From Bugula neritina (lineage: Eukaryota > Animalia > Bryozoa): DNA of 64,000 nt. The stretch lies in contig OZ037765.1 in the NCBI GenBank assembly GCA_964035545.1, positions 10,984,698-11,048,697 of the forward strand. Reading direction: 5' to 3'. Shown one piece after another: positions 40,191 to 49,839 of the stretch (its first letter is position 1; every line of letters begins with the position of its first letter). The notes below the pieces were generated by a model. The model was not told where the DNA came from, searched no databases, and worked only from the letters and a program-made list of their open reading frames with translations. Made by a program: the position numbers and the translations under genes.

Positions 40191-43100
40191 CCATGCCAAT
40201 CCGGTCCGGGATGGGACTCGGAAGACAGTAGAAGAGACCTCTCCAGAGTCGACCTATATCGAGTGGCACGCAAACCGGAGATCTCGGAGACCGAAAGGCC
40301 TACCCGATCCTCCTGCCCTGCCACTCGATACCCGGATGGAACTAGAAGAAACCGGATGGCAGGCACCTCGGAGATCTCGGAGGCCGCAAGGTCTACCCGA
40401 TCCTCCAGCCTGGCCACTCCGTAACCGGTTCGCGGGGTTGCCCGAGGAAGTTGTGGAGGAGGATTCAGCTTACTCGCAAGAGTATCCCAAGCTACCCTCC
40501 CGACCTCAGAAAACCCCCGTTGTCTCTAAGACGAAGAGGAGGCCCGCTGTGCGGACCCAAGTCGTGTCTCCCCCAGAGACTGACCGCTCCAGGAGCACCC
40601 AGCCGTATGGAAGCAGCTACTTCCTGCCCGGAAAGATTTCGGGTAAAGCTGCCACATTCCTACTGGATACTGGGTGCACTACCAACCTGCTGAGTAGGCG
40701 TCTCTTTGACACCCTTGGTGCACGAGAGCGGGCGAGCCTCGAGCCGTATGAAGGTGCGCATGGTACGTTGGCGGACGGATCATGCATTCCTTTCTACGGC
40801 GTCATTTCACTACCTGGACGCGTCCGTGATCAAGCAGTTCACGAGACGTTTATCGTCAGCCAGCTGAAGGAGGACGCCATCTTGGGAATGCCCTTCCTGG
40901 AGAAACACCAGTGCCACATGGATTTCCAGAAGTCAGTGGTAGTGATGGCTGGGAAGGAACTTGTCTGTGTTGACAAGTTTGGCAGGCCCTTGGTGGGCGG
41001 AGTCCAGGTAGTACGGGACTGCACAGTTCCGGGGAGGTCCCAGGCGACTCTCCGATGTAGAGTCAACTGCAAGGGGATCGCCGGCCTGGGGATGGTTGAA
41101 GGAACGCACGGAGCCATCCGACTAGCAAACAGCCTGAATCGGCTAGATTGTCGGCAAGAGCTCCTCGTGCAGTGCATCAACCCCTTCACGGAACCTGTCC
41201 AACTATCGGCTGGAGCGCTGGTGGGGAAGTACCACTCCATCCAGGAAGCGGATGTGGGTCCGGCACTGGAGACAGTGGCCGACAACCAGGGAAACCCCCC
41301 TCACACCAGACGAGAAGCAGTCCCGGAGCATCTGGCTGACCTGTATGACGGAGCATGCGGAAACTGTACGAGTAGTACTGAACGCCAAGTACTGGCTCAA
41401 CTACTCGCGGAGTACAGTGATGTCTTTAGTCGTGGCGATAGAGACATGGGGCTGACTAAGGTTATCTCTCACGAGATACCCCTGGCAGCCGACACCACTC
41501 CCATCAGGCAGCCTACCCGACGTCTGGGCCCGGAGAAGGAGAAGGAGGTGAGCCGACAGGTACAGGATCTTCTGGACCGGGATCTGATTGAGCCTGCCCA
41601 CGGTGCGTGGAGCTCCCCAGTGGTCCTGGTCAAGAAGAAGGATGGTAGCTGGAGATTCTGCGTAGACTACCGCAGACTCAACAACGCCACCATCCAGGAC
41701 GCCTACCCTCTCCCACGGATAGATGAGTCTCTAGATGCCCTCGCGGGTAGCAAGTACTTCAGTACTTTGGATCTGCTTAGCGGGTACTGGCAAGTGCCCC
41801 TCAGTCCTGATGCCCAGGACAAAGCAGCATTCATTACTCGCGACGGGCTCTGGAAGTGGAAAGTACTGCCATTCGGACTAACGTCCGCTCCGGCAACATT
41901 CCAACGGCTCATGGAGCAAGTCCTCAGTGGGTTACACTGGAAGACCCTCCTCATCTATCTGGACGATGTCATTGTCATCTCCCCAGACTTTGCGACTCAT
42001 GTCAGTCGTCTGCGGGAGGTCTTTGACCGTCTCCGGGCAGCTGGACTGAAGCTGAAGCCCTCCAAGTGCGCACTCCTGCAGCCAGAAGTCACATACCTGG
42101 GCCATGTGGTTGGCCGTGATGGGGTCGCTACCGATCCAGAGAAGGTACAAGCTGTGAAGGAGTGGACTGTTCCCCGCGACCTCCCTGAGTTGCGTGCATT
42201 CCTGGGCCTAGTAGGGTACTACCGGCAGTACATACCTGGTTTCGCAGGAGTGGCTCAGCCGTTAAATCGGCTGACCGCAAAGGGAGTCCGGTGGCAGTGG
42301 ACACAGGAGGAGCAGCAGGCATTCGACCACCTCAAGCAACGGCTAATGGAAGCGCCAATCCTGGCGTATCCTGACCCAGCCAAAGAGTACATCCTGGACA
42401 CCGACGCCAGCGACCACAGCGTGGGAGCCGTCCTGTCTCAAGTCCAGGGTGGAAGTGAGGTGGTCGTGGCTTACTATAGCAAGACTCTCGCGGCCGCCGA
42501 GAAGAACTACTGCACCACTAGGAAGGAACTCCTAGCAGTAGTCAAGGCGGTCAAGCACTTTCGGCCATATCTGTATGGGAAATCGTTCCGTTTGCGAACA
42601 GACCATGCGTCACTGATATGGCTGTGTAAACGTGCAGAGCCCTCGAGCCAGGTAGCTCGTTGGCTAGAGATTCTTGCCGAGTTCTCTTACCGTATAGAGC
42701 ACCGTGCAGGCCGGAAGCATGGGAACGCCGACGGCATGAGCCGCCGGCCGGTAGAGGACTGTAAGCAATGCCTGCACATTGAACAGCGGGACGGGGGACC
42801 CGCTCGCCTTGACGTGGAAACGGAGCTAGTGGAGGGCACCGCCTACCGGTGGGAGCACGGCCATCTTCGGACCGAAACCCACCAGGACGGTGTCCAGGCG
42901 CTCCACGCCAACCCTACTCTGCACCAGAACGTCAAGGAGCTGTGCCGACTCCAGGAGACGCTACCCGGCGCGGTAGCGGACATCTTCCGGGCCAAGAAGG
43001 AGGGCCGACGACCTAGCGAGGAACGGCAGCGGCAGGGAGACGTTGAGTTCCAACTCCTCTGTCGTCGCTGGGATGCCCTCAAGGTCAGTCCTGATGGCCT

Positions 43101-46100
43101 CCTGATGATAACGTTAGCAGCAGACAACCGCCAGCAGAAGAGGGACCGCGTCGTCTGTCCACGCGCCCTCCGGCGGGAACTGATCTGGGACACCCATAAG
43201 CAGGCTCATGCTGGAGTCAGTCGGGTCATCAGGTGTCTGCGGCTGCGTTGGTATTGGCCCGGAATGACTCGGGACGTACGACTGCGGGTACGGCAATGCG
43301 AGGTCTGCCAAGCTAGCAAGCATGGCCGCCCCACGGAAACCACTGGTCGACGCCGGCTGTACGCTGGTCGACCGTGGCAAGTAGTGGCGGTAGACCTCGT
43401 CGGGCCTATGCCGTTATCCGCCAGAGGAAACACCTGGATACTGGTGCTCACGGACCACTTTACCCGGTGGGCGGATGCTCTGGCTATTCCAGACGCCACC
43501 GCCCCCACAGTGGCCCGGACCCTGGACCAACATGTATTCTGTTACCTCGGTTTGCCCGAGCAGATACATACAGACCAGGGTGCCCAGTTCCAGTCCCAGC
43601 TCATGGGAGACCTCTGCCGGATATGGGGGGTGAACCAGAGTCGGACCACCCCATATCACCCGCAAGGGAACGGAGTCGTCGAGCGGAACAACAGGATGTT
43701 GGGTGATGCGCTCCGGAGCCTGCTGCTTGGTCGAGGTCAGGAAGAATGGGACGTGGTGCTGCCGCAGATCATGCGGGCTTACCGCAGCACACCACACTCC
43801 GCCACGCAGGAGACCCCAAACTTCCTGATGTTAGGCCGGGAGACGCGGGTCCCGGAACACCTGACGTACCATGTTCCTGCCCCCGAGTCACCGGTACACG
43901 AATATGTGGAGGGTCTGATGGACATCATGGGCAAAGCTCATGATGCGCTGCGCACCCAGCAGTGGCAGACCCGCACAGAGGACTCAGAGGAGCCCCCGTT
44001 GTACCAAGTGGGAGACTGGGTCTGGATGGTGAGTTACCGTAGGCGGCGTGGACAGTCGGCTAAGCTTCAGCCCAAGTTCGTCGGCCCCTACTGCGTAGTA
44101 GAGGTGCTGCCCAACCACACATACCGTGTGGAGCGCTCTGGACAGGTCTCTGTCCAGAGCGAGCAGCGCCTCAAACCTTACCATGCCAGCCCAGACGCGG
44201 TGGGTCAGGCTCCACCCCTCTTGGAGCCCCACCGTCAGCCCAACCGTCGTGGACGGGCCACCCGGCCCCGTGAGGTGGAGATTATGGTCCCCAGGGAGGC
44301 AGACCAGGAGCAAGCCGCCCTGATAGAGCAGCTGGAGCGACAGCAGAGAGCGGAGCGAGAGCAGGAACAGCAGCAAGCCCTTGGCTCACAACCCCTCCCG
44401 GGGGAGGACACCCCCACCCCCGTACGGGGTGAAGACGGGGACCCCCCTACCAGGGTAGCCCAGGAGCCACCAACACCACCAGAGTCTGTTCCACTTGAGA
44501 GGAGCCAGCGGCCAAGAAGACCTCCCAGGTACCTGGCAGACTATGCTGTAGGACACCTGGAGGGGCCCCCTCCTGAGGAAGACCCCCCCCACACTGACTG
44601 CCACCCCATCTTGGTTGGAAATTCCCTCCATCACCCCGGAGAATTCCACCAAGAAGAAGAAATGGCCGACCGAATTTCGGAAGACACTCGATCACGCGAG
44701 TTGTCTCCTCGAAATCCGGGGGAAATTCCCACGAGCCACGCGACTCGGGCTTCAGCAGGTAAAACTTCTGAAGCACGAGGTTCGGCCATTTCTCATTCTG
44801 ACTTCACACAGCTCGCACGGCAGTTGCAACTCAAACTAAATTCTGATTCTAATACTCATTTTGATTTTACCACTATTCTCCGTACGCTATCAGCGGCTAT
44901 GGGGATCACTCTACCAGATACACAATCAGGTATTTCTTCTAGATTAGATCCTCCAGTTGCGGAGTCTAATCAAACTACAGTAGACTGGTCTTTACTAGAT
45001 TTACTTGGTTCTGATATCTTAGGACCGGAGGCCGAGATGGATCTCGGAGATGACTCTGCCATTGATACATTGTTGAATCACGATGTAGGCTCAGTCAATT
45101 TCTGCGATACACCTCGGCCCTCGGTTTTTAACTTATCTCCATTCACACCTGTGCCGAATTTCGGCGATAGTGAGACCGGCTTCTCACAGCCTCTACTATC
45201 TATTCTAGAGGAGCGGATGGACGTTGAGGAGGCCAGTCGGTCCGACTCCCCTCCCCCACCGGGCCTTGCTTCGGCTTCTACCAGCCAGCAGGCCGCCACC
45301 TCCTCCACAGAGGTGTGTTCCGCCATGGTTGGCCCTGACCCCAAACCGGTCGAGCTTCAGCTCACGGCCGGGGAGGAGCAGGGCATCCTACACGGCGACC
45401 ACCTGCCAGCAGAAGAAGACGCCTCCCCAATACTGGCCCTGCCTCGGGCCCTGGTCGCCCGCCAGTATTGGGTGACTGGACCCACCAACCTAAAAATTGG
45501 TGATGCTTGCGGTGAGCCGGGCAACCGCATCTGCCATGAGTGTAAGAGGAAATTCTCCTCTGCACGGCGGTTGCGCGTACACGCCCCTCAGCATTACATC
45601 AACGTGTTTTGCCCGTGTGGGGAGTTCTCCTACCAGAGAGACTATGTGTTGAGACATCAGCGCATAGCTCACTGCCACACGGGCTACACGTTTGCTGTAG
45701 ACCAGGCCTCCTTTCCCGAATTTCGGGACCTGGTGCTGCCACACGTGGCGGATCCCCACAAACGGGCTGCTCTCGCCCTGGGATTTCCCGCGTGTAGGCC
45801 AGTTCGGGAGGAAGAAGGGGAGCCCGCCGCGACACCCCAACCGGCAGCCACCCAGCCACTTCGGGTCATGCTGGCACGGGTCGGACCATGTGCCAGGGCC
45901 GATTCATCGGACCTGGGCCCCCGACCCTCGGCGGCGGGCGGGAAGCAGACGCACCGCCAGCGACGTCCTGCCCGTGGTACTACCGACCGCCCTAGGCACC
46001 AGACGTCAGCTCAGTTGGCAGAGGAGGTCCACCAGTTACGCCGGCAGCTCCGCAGATGTGAAGAGGAGCTGGGGCAACTCCGGAGACGAGTTAGCCGCCT

Positions 46101-46131
46101 GGAGCGGGGTCGTTCTGGCGACCGCCGCTGA
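40168..46131 (+). CDS. pol: Pol polyprotein (protease, RT, RNase H, integrase) with a long C-terminal extension bearing C2H2 zinc fingers and a coiled coil
   Basis: LLDTG (PR); LPFGL and YLDD (RT); TDAS and NADGMSR (RNase H); HHCC, VDLVGP/TDQG/VERNN and GPY (IN). About 528 further codons follow RPPRYLADY. Probably made as Gag-Pol, not from the GTG at 40168. Confidence 0.96.
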   Translation: MNSATRGPHANPVRDGTRKTVEETSPESTYIEWHANRRSRRPKGLPDPPALPLDTRMELEETGWQAPRRSRRPQGLPDPPAWPLRNRFAGLPEEVVEEDSAYSQEYPKLPSRPQKTPVVSKTKRRPAVRTQVVSPPETDRSRSTQPYGSSYFLPGKISGKAATFLLDTGCTTNLLSRRLFDTLGARERASLEPYEGAHGTLADGSCIPFYGVISLPGRVRDQAVHETFIVSQLKEDAILGMPFLEKHQCHMDFQKSVVVMAGKELVCVDKFGRPLVGGVQVVRDCTVPGRSQATLRCRVNCKGIAGLGMVEGTHGAIRLANSLNRLDCRQELLVQCINPFTEPVQLSAGALVGKYHSIQEADVGPALETVADNQGNPPHTRREAVPEHLADLYDGACGNCTSSTERQVLAQLLAEYSDVFSRGDRDMGLTKVISHEIPLAADTTPIRQPTRRLGPEKEKEVSRQVQDLLDRDLIEPAHGAWSSPVVLVKKKDGSWRFCVDYRRLNNATIQDAYPLPRIDESLDALAGSKYFSTLDLLSGYWQVPLSPDAQDKAAFITRDGLWKWKVLPFGLTSAPATFQRLMEQVLSGLHWKTLLIYLDDVIVISPDFATHVSRLREVFDRLRAAGLKLKPSKCALLQPEVTYLGHVVGRDGVATDPEKVQAVKEWTVPRDLPELRAFLGLVGYYRQYIPGFAGVAQPLNRLTAKGVRWQWTQEEQQAFDHLKQRLMEAPILAYPDPAKEYILDTDASDHSVGAVLSQVQGGSEVVVAYYSKTLAAAEKNYCTTRKELLAVVKAVKHFRPYLYGKSFRLRTDHASLIWLCKRAEPSSQVARWLEILAEFSYRIEHRAGRKHGNADGMSRRPVEDCKQCLHIEQRDGGPARLDVETELVEGTAYRWEHGHLRTETHQDGVQALHANPTLHQNVKELCRLQETLPGAVADIFRAKKEGRRPSEERQRQGDVEFQLLCRRWDALKVSPDGLLMITLAADNRQQKRDRVVCPRALRRELIWDTHKQAHAGVSRVIRCLRLRWYWPGMTRDVRLRVRQCEVCQASKHGRPTETTGRRRLYAGRPWQVVAVDLVGPMPLSARGNTWILVLTDHFTRWADALAIPDATAPTVARTLDQHVFCYLGLPEQIHTDQGAQFQSQLMGDLCRIWGVNQSRTTPYHPQGNGVVERNNRMLGDALRSLLLGRGQEEWDVVLPQIMRAYRSTPHSATQETPNFLMLGRETRVPEHLTYHVPAPESPVHEYVEGLMDIMGKAHDALRTQQWQTRTEDSEEPPLYQVGDWVWMVSYRRRRGQSAKLQPKFVGPYCVVEVLPNHTYRVERSGQVSVQSEQRLKPYHASPDAVGQAPPLLEPHRQPNRRGRATRPREVEIMVPREADQEQAALIEQLERQQRAEREQEQQQALGSQPLPGEDTPTPVRGEDGDPPTRVAQEPPTPPESVPLERSQRPRRPPRYLADYAVGHLEGPPPEEDPPHTDCHPILVGNSLHHPGEFHQEEEMADRISEDTRSRELSPRNPGEIPTSHATRASAGKTSEARGSAISHSDFTQLARQLQLKLNSDSNTHFDFTTILRTLSAAMGITLPDTQSGISSRLDPPVAESNQTTVDWSLLDLLGSDILGPEAEMDLGDDSAIDTLLNHDVGSVNFCDTPRPSVFNLSPFTPVPNFGDSETGFSQPLLSILEERMDVEEASRSDSPPPPGLASASTSQQAATSSTEVCSAMVGPDPKPVELQLTAGEEQGILHGDHLPAEEDASPILALPRALVARQYWVTGPTNLKIGDACGEPGNRICHECKRKFSSARRLRVHAPQHYINVFCPCGEFSYQRDYVLRHQRIAHCHTGYTFAVDQASFPEFRDLVLPHVADPHKRAALALGFPACRPVREEEGEPAATPQPAATQPLRVMLARVGPCARADSSDLGPRPSAAGGKQTHRQRRPARGTTDRPRHQTSAQLAEEVHQLRRQLRRCEEELGQLRRRVSRLERGRSGDRR

Positions 46132-46397
46132 GACTATTCGTATAGTATTTTTCTTTCCTACTCTTATTCTTTGTTTGTTTATTTTATGTGTGTAAGTTCT
46201 TCATGTAATGCATGTACCTATTCATGCTCTGTTTTTCTTGTGTGTGCACAAATCTTCCCTGTATTTTCTTTTTATGTTATCATTGTATTATTACTATCAC
46301 TGCATGTTTACCATATTTTTTTTGTGTGTTACTTCCAACTGTGCGTTTTATTGTCGTGTCATTCCCTGTTGTGTGTTTGTGTTGTGTACGCCTCTTT

Positions 46398-46429
46398 ATC
46401 GGAAAGCATGCTTTCCGATGGGGGGTGTG
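46398..46429 (+). other. Short G-tract/PPT region preceded by a 22-bp palindrome
   Basis: ATCGGAAAGCATGCTTTCCGAT then GGGGGG just 5' of the 3' LTR. Confidence 0.6.
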
Positions 46430-46821
46430 TGTGGTAAATTTATGTTGTGTGTGTGTGTCCTTTGTTGCCGAGATCGGTACTTCGGTCCTCCGAAACACCG
46501 ATATGCCGATTCTCGGCATATCGGAATACCGAAGTACCGAAATGCCGGATTCGGCATTTCGGATTCCCGAAGTGCCGATATTCGGTATTTCGGGCCTCCG
46601 ATCTCGGCAAACAAAGGAATGTCTTTGTCCTGCATGTATATAAAAGCCAGCGAGTTCCAGTATAGTTCAGTCTACTACTGGAGCTCGCTGGATAAAGACC
46701 ATTGATTCACTCGGACTATACTACAATAAAGATTATCTACATTCTACCTTATTTCTCGCCTTGTTTCTTATACAAGCATGTAACAGCACTAGTTTCATTC
46801 ACAATCCACAAAACTATCACA
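46430..46821 (+). repeat. 3' LTR (392 bp)
   Basis: Direct repeat of 38829-39220, followed by the ATAT TSD. Confidence 0.97.
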
Positions 46822-49800
46822 ATATACAATATGCTTCAATGCCTTTGATATGAGCATCTTATAAAGTACTTAACGAGGAGTTATCAGTACTTTTCATATA
46901 GTCTGATCTTGTTTTTGGAAGTTAGTAAATAACATGCTGCATATAAATATTATAACAAAAAGAAGTCATTCATGTGTGCATGAAGCCTATATATGAAGTT
47001 TGTTTCAATATAAGATATGTATTAGTTCATATGAAATCGAGTATTTTTATGAGGTGCCAATGTTTGGAGGTTTGAGCACTACAAATTATTCAAAAGGAAT
47101 TGGCAAAAGGTAGTCTACGATGAAGCTAGAAAACAAATAATTTAACGTAAATGTGTAACTATGACATACTGCATGATACTTTCAAAGAGCATATTCCTAA
47201 TAAGTAATTGTAAGTTATAATATACATGTAATACATTTCCTTGACATGTTATTGTGTGTAATTTTAGACTGCTAACCTAGTTCAGTATAGAAATCTGATA
47301 AATAAGTTTTAGAGTAAATGTTCATGTTTATGGCCTTCAATTTATTTGATTTTGTAAGCTTGAATACAATTTGTTAACTTCTAAGTGAAGAGTCGAAGAA
47401 TTTAGTAGATATAAAAACTTTGGCAGAATTGCCTTTTTATTAGATTTTTCTCGCTTTTATCTCCATTAAAAGGCTAAAAAATGTCTCAGAAATTATAGAC
47501 TTTTATTATTAATTTATGTGATGAATTGGTTTCAAGTACTCAAAGCCTTTGCTGCTTTGTGTAAGACACTTGCAAACAAATATTGAACTGTCCTCTGTCT
47601 GTGAAATGAACGAAAGTACAAAAATTAAGTAGTTTCTAGGAATATTGTGACATAACAAGCATACAAGCTACCTGAGAAGAAAGGTTAAATTTTTATATCT
47701 ATCATAGATATATAGTATACATTCGCTTACGTTTGCATTACAATTATAAAAGTTTCTGTACTTCATATCTGTCAATAGTATTAGATTTTATGTTTGAACT
47801 AGTTCCAACTAATTTATTGTAATTTCTTTGTATTCTTGAGATTTATTTAATAGTTACTAAAGTTTGAAACATTACTGAACAACAACTTGGGCTGCATTGT
47901 GTTGTATGGATAAACTAATAATCTAACACCACCCTTTCTAAAAAGAAGACTCTAAAATTGACCAGACAAAAGTAATTGGTTGCTTTATTGTAGCGTGTTT
48001 AGACATTCCCTTCAATCCTAAACTTTGGTTTGTAAAGACGAGTCAATATAGAATAAATTGACATAGAAAAACAAAAATAATAAATATTCTACAACATTTC
48101 GTCGGTACTTTATTTAACTTACCAAATGCAGGTTTTTATTTATTTTTTAAAAAAGACTTTCTGTAGAATGTAATCTACTAAATGCCCTAGACTATAGGGT
48201 AATCATTTTAAATACTACCAACTTTGAGTTTAATTTTATAAAGATAGCCTGCCTTTTTGATGGTTTATATAATTTTGTTGTTGTTTTATAATTAGTTATT
48301 GTAATATTATTAGAAACCTTTTACATAAGCCTTTTCATGCTTATTAAATAAAACAAATTTTGAATTACCAACAAGGGCTTAATTTTAATTGTTAGCTATT
48401 ACAAAGTTTCTAAAACAGTTAATCAACAGTATATTGTATACTGCTTGGCTATTAGGTAATTTTCCCTACCAACTTTTACCATGAATGCACTTTTATTGCA
48501 ACACATGAAAATATGATGGTTTTATAGATGTAATATTATAAGATAATAGTGCTTGTACACCGCTCTAATTATCACTCTATGCAATAATATTTTACTGAAT
48601 CAGCCAATCTGATCATATTTCTTATTTGTGCTAAGATCACAGCTATTGAACTACAAGATAGTTTTACAACCAAAGCATGCTTAGTGGTTTATAGGGCTGC
48701 TCCAGTGAACTAAGAATAACGTCATGGCAAATATTTAAGTGTGAATATAGTATCAGTTACACAGTTTGTTGTTAAAACATAATACAAAATCTATTGCATA
48801 GATAACTATAATTATTGTTTACTCAAAATTCTTTACCAGCTGGCACTTTTTTAAAATCAATATAAACAAAGCTAAACATTACAAAAATGTACAATACTTA
48901 TATGTTACTGTAGCTACATAATTTTGCACAGTTTAGTTATTTTTCTATAAGTTTTAAATTTTAAAATAATATCTGCACGACAGAAAAGATCAAGGAAGGT
49001 AGCACTTTCACCATAGGTACTTCTGGTAGATAATTATAAATGGTTATAGCTAAATTCTTTGTTGAAACTATGGAGTTGTTGAAATTACTACAACACCGCC
49101 TGCATCTCTAAGCAGCATTGTTATTGATCTGTATACGGTTAGAATATTATAATATTGATTTGTAGAAAGACATGCATTTGATAGTATGTAATGAGCCTTC
49201 ATTACATGCAGACACTAGCATCAGGTTTAGAAAAGATTGTAATAATTGCACTAATTTTTAAATTTATATTTAGATACTGCACTGTATATACAACAGCTAG
49301 TCTGAAGCTTGGATTACCTCTTTCTGGAAGAGTATTAATAAATGCCGTAGGTTTCACTACTCCATGGAAAACAGGTAAATAATTTATTTAAAACGTTCCT
49401 TACAACAATAATTATTTGTAAGTAAGTTATATATACTTTATGATAGAATTACTGCGTAGGTAATATAATTTAGTTAATGCTGTTACTTGTCGCATACACT
49501 AAACTACAATAAACCAATTTCTTAGCATCACGACAAGTTGGTTTACTTCTTTCAGCAAAGTCTCTAGAAATAACTAGATCATAATCATATCAATAACTTA
49601 AATTTAGTTAGTTACTTCAACTTAAGCATATTTTCAATAAAATGGTGTTGGCCCAATTTCCTTTCAAATAAGCTTACATGACTTCACTTTTCAACTTTTC
49701 ACTCAGCCTTCAGTTAGGTAGGAGGCAGTTAGTGGTGTAATGGCCACAATAAAGTGGACTGTGTATATTTGTGTACACCACATCCACATATCTACAGAAT

Positions 49801-49839
49801 AGCCACTGATTTCAATAAACAGTACACTAGGTGTAGAAC

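Larger units (their letters stand above)
38829..46821 (+). mobile_element. Full-length Ty3/Gypsy LTR retrotransposon (7993 bp), apparently intact and young
   Basis: TG...CA LTRs, 4-bp TSD ATAT (38825-38828 and 46822-46825), PBS, uninterrupted gag and pol in PR-RT-RNaseH-IN order, GC content far above the flanks. Confidence 0.98.

Noticed and set aside
44545-46131. env gene or chromodomain after integrase
   Set aside because: No signal peptide, transmembrane helix or chromodomain aromatic pattern seen
39241-46705. Many short antisense or alternate-frame ORFs in the retrotransposon and its LTRs
   Set aside because: Expected in GC-rich coding DNA and repeats; all short with no recognisable motifs
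49275-49374. Extra upstream Kv3 exon (open frame, phase-1 donor)
   Set aside because: No recognisable homology or upstream partner exon; may be UTR or chance
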